Shown: piece by piece, positions 34,510 through 36,934 of the stretch
Numbering within the stretch: the stretch's first letter is position 1
Layout of the letters: the number at the start of each line of letters is the position of its first letter
Assembly: GCA_032718475.1 (NCBI GenBank)
Contig: JAUCBJ010006356.1
Location: 1 to 36,934 of the forward strand
Direction: 5' to 3'
From: Nemertoderma westbladi
Lineage: Eukaryota; Animalia; Xenacoelomorpha
DNA: 36,934 bases
The notes under the pieces: model-generated
The model's database searches: none
Told to the model about the DNA's origin: nothing
The model's input: the letters and a program-made list of their open reading frames with translations, nothing else
Translations under genes and position numbers: made by a program

Positions 34510-34624
34510 GGCACTGAGACATGGTGGAGCAGACAGTAGGTCTATGTATATTGTATATAGTACTGTAGAACCTGCCTTGCTATGCTAATTATATGGATGT
34601 AATTTCCGGAACGAATACGAATCA

Positions 34625-35580
34625 TTTAGGTACTTGGCAGGATTTCCTCGACTTCTGGAGCCAGTAGGTGGAGTTATCATCACCCCATCATCATTATGAT
34701 GATCTAAGGACATGCGTAGAACATATTCAACCACAATTATGAACAAGAATGGTGCAAGTGTGTCTCCTTGGAGGACGCCCCATAACACTTCAAATGGTTC
34801 TGTGTCACCGTCAACAGTAGACACAAATGTTGTCGAACCATCGTATACTGATCTGATTGCTGCAATAATTTTATAAGGAATCCCATATAATGAAAGTATG
34901 CTGAACATACGTGAGCAAGAGACTGAATCAAAGGCCTTGAAGATGAAGAAGTCAACAAAGATAAAAACTACAGATATGTTTTTATTTTTTGTCTTCGATT
35001 TTCCTTCTAAGTGCCAAAATGGCCTCCATGGTCCCACGACCTTTACGGGACCCATTCTGATTTCCACGGAGCAGTCTCTCAATGGGATACCAGATGCGAT
35101 TTAATAGAATTCTATTGTATAGCTTTGCAGCAATCGAGATTAATGAGATTCCCCGAAAAGAACCATAGAGTGTTAGGTTGCCCTTCTTGGGAACTGGCAC
35201 CAACTTATTTGTTTTCATTTCTTGTGGGACTCTTGTTGATCGGTACATGTCTACTATGATGGGATAGATGATCTTTAAACACTCAGGTATTTTAAAGACC
35301 TCATTGGGGAGACCATATACTCCACTATGGCACGATTGGTCTTAATGCTCTTTGCAGCAGCCTTCACTTCAGCAAAGGAGATATCGCCAATGGGAATATC
35401 TGGGAGTACAGACTCAGACACTTTTACTTCTATAAAGTTATCGGGCAATACCCTGTAATCATTTAGGAGCTTTTCAATGGCCTTCCAACCATTGGGGCAA
35501 TCAGCTGGTGATTCTACCTTAACCTTGGTGGTTGTTTGGCTTTTCCTCCCAGTCATTAAAGGACACAGGCCTTGAAGATG
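34625..35580 (-). mobile_element. RTE-clade LINE fragment (N-terminal half of RT), frameshifted
   Basis: ISFAEVKAAAKSIK, LVPVPKKGNL...FRGISLISIAAKLYNRILLNRI, NQNG.RKGRGT, FVDF.KAFDSV and GVLQGDTLAPFLF. Near-identical to 21770-22070 where the two overlap. Confidence 0.92.
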
Positions 35581-36934
35581 CGGATATTTCTGGCTGCGCA
35601 AATTTGTTGATAACCCGGCATAACCATCTTAATGCAGCGCAATGCATGATGTCGATTATATAGAGATAGATATTAGTAAATATGGGGGAATTACCGAACA
35701 GTAACAATTTTAACTTTATTCCCGATCAATACTGTAAGCGTATATAAACGTATATTGTGTAAGCGTGTATAAACGTAAGAATTATTGAAACCAAAAAACC
35801 AAACCCACTACAAGTTTACACACAATAAACGTTACTGTATAAGGGTTCTATTTGGCAAGTGTTAATAGGGAGATTGTATGTTGCATTTTGTGGTAAAAAC
35901 AAAATCGTGTGGTAAAAGCCGCACGATAAAGAATGAGTTTTATAATTATTATTTCCAATAAACAATAAAATTTACAAACCATGTACAGGTATATGTAACA
36001 CAAACTTAATTTGAATTACTGTAGGATATTTATACTGTAAACTTCCTTACCATTTATTAGTTCTGGTTTCTTTTTCGAACGGGCCATATTTCCCTCATTT
36101 CGGTTTCAGTTGAATAATTTCACTATTACAATTATTGTACCAGCTTGACTGGTTCCCATCCGAAAGAATGAATGAATATAAACTTAGATAGATACTTTAG
36201 GTGCTACATATTTTCAAATTTTTTATTCTGTCAGTTTTAAAATATATATAATTTCAATTCGGCGTGAAATACACTATGAAATATTGTAAATTCAATGCTG
36301 GGCTACGGTTACCTACTATATCTAACGGAACCTTTGTCTTGTAAGGCAAAGTAAATTACTGATATCTCGAGATACTATTATCATCTGATTAATTATCATT
36401 AGAGTCAAATTTTAAAATTATTTATGGCCGAAAATGGCAATTAAATACAGATTCGTTAGGTTGGACGTAAATTTCTGTGAGAACAATAATTATTTATGAT
36501 GTGTAATTAATATACACTGCTTGAAAATAGCGAACCGTACGGTAGTAATTGCGCAGGGTAATTGTGCGAGCTTCTATTATCTTATCAGTGATGTATGAAG
36601 GGCATAAGATTATGGATTCAACCCCCCGCAGTTGTTGAATACAATAGCGGCAATAAGAGAAACACAACTGTATACTTACATACATTACATACACGCACTG
36701 CGGATTATACTCTGTTAATTAAATTGTATAATTTTACTAAGTGATGAATGCTTGGTGACTATAGAGTTTGCAGTCCACAATGTTACTGTAAAATTAGTGT
36801 GTATGCTAGCATAGTACCGGGACCGGTGGCATTGGCGTGTCGTATAGCCATACAACGGGTCTAGCGGCATTACCGATTAGTGGCATATGTTTTGTGTATG
36901 ACATCAAGGTTACGTACCTCGACTTGACTTGACT

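Overview
Eukaryotic, AT-rich, repeat-dense genomic DNA, probably from an invertebrate animal (taxon not determinable from the sequence). Host genes are an intronless vitamin K epoxide reductase (VKORC1-like, minus), an intronless prominin-like gene (minus) and a tRNA-Gly(CCC). The centre is an 11.4-kb BEL/Pao-type LTR retroelement (8524-19884) with ~99% identical LTRs and a CAGGA TSD. It is nested inside a hAT-type MITE (8-bp TSD), which is itself inserted in an RTE LINE. The element is unusual in four ways. (1) It keeps a very long Gag plus protease, but has no RT or RNase H and only a degenerate integrase remnant. (2) It carries a second ~850-codon cargo gene: a DEDDy-like 3'-5' exonuclease fused to a coiled coil and three CCHC zinc knuckles. 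(3) It has no tRNA PBS; the bases directly after the 5' LTR are instead complementary to a segment of its own LTR, the geometry of Tf1-like self-priming. (4) An array of seven GGTAC-GTA-GTACC hairpins lies between the two genes. The rest of the window is RTE, CRE and CR1/L2 LINE fragments, MULE/Harbinger/foldback MITEs and minisatellites. All calls come from reading the sequence by eye; no searches were run.
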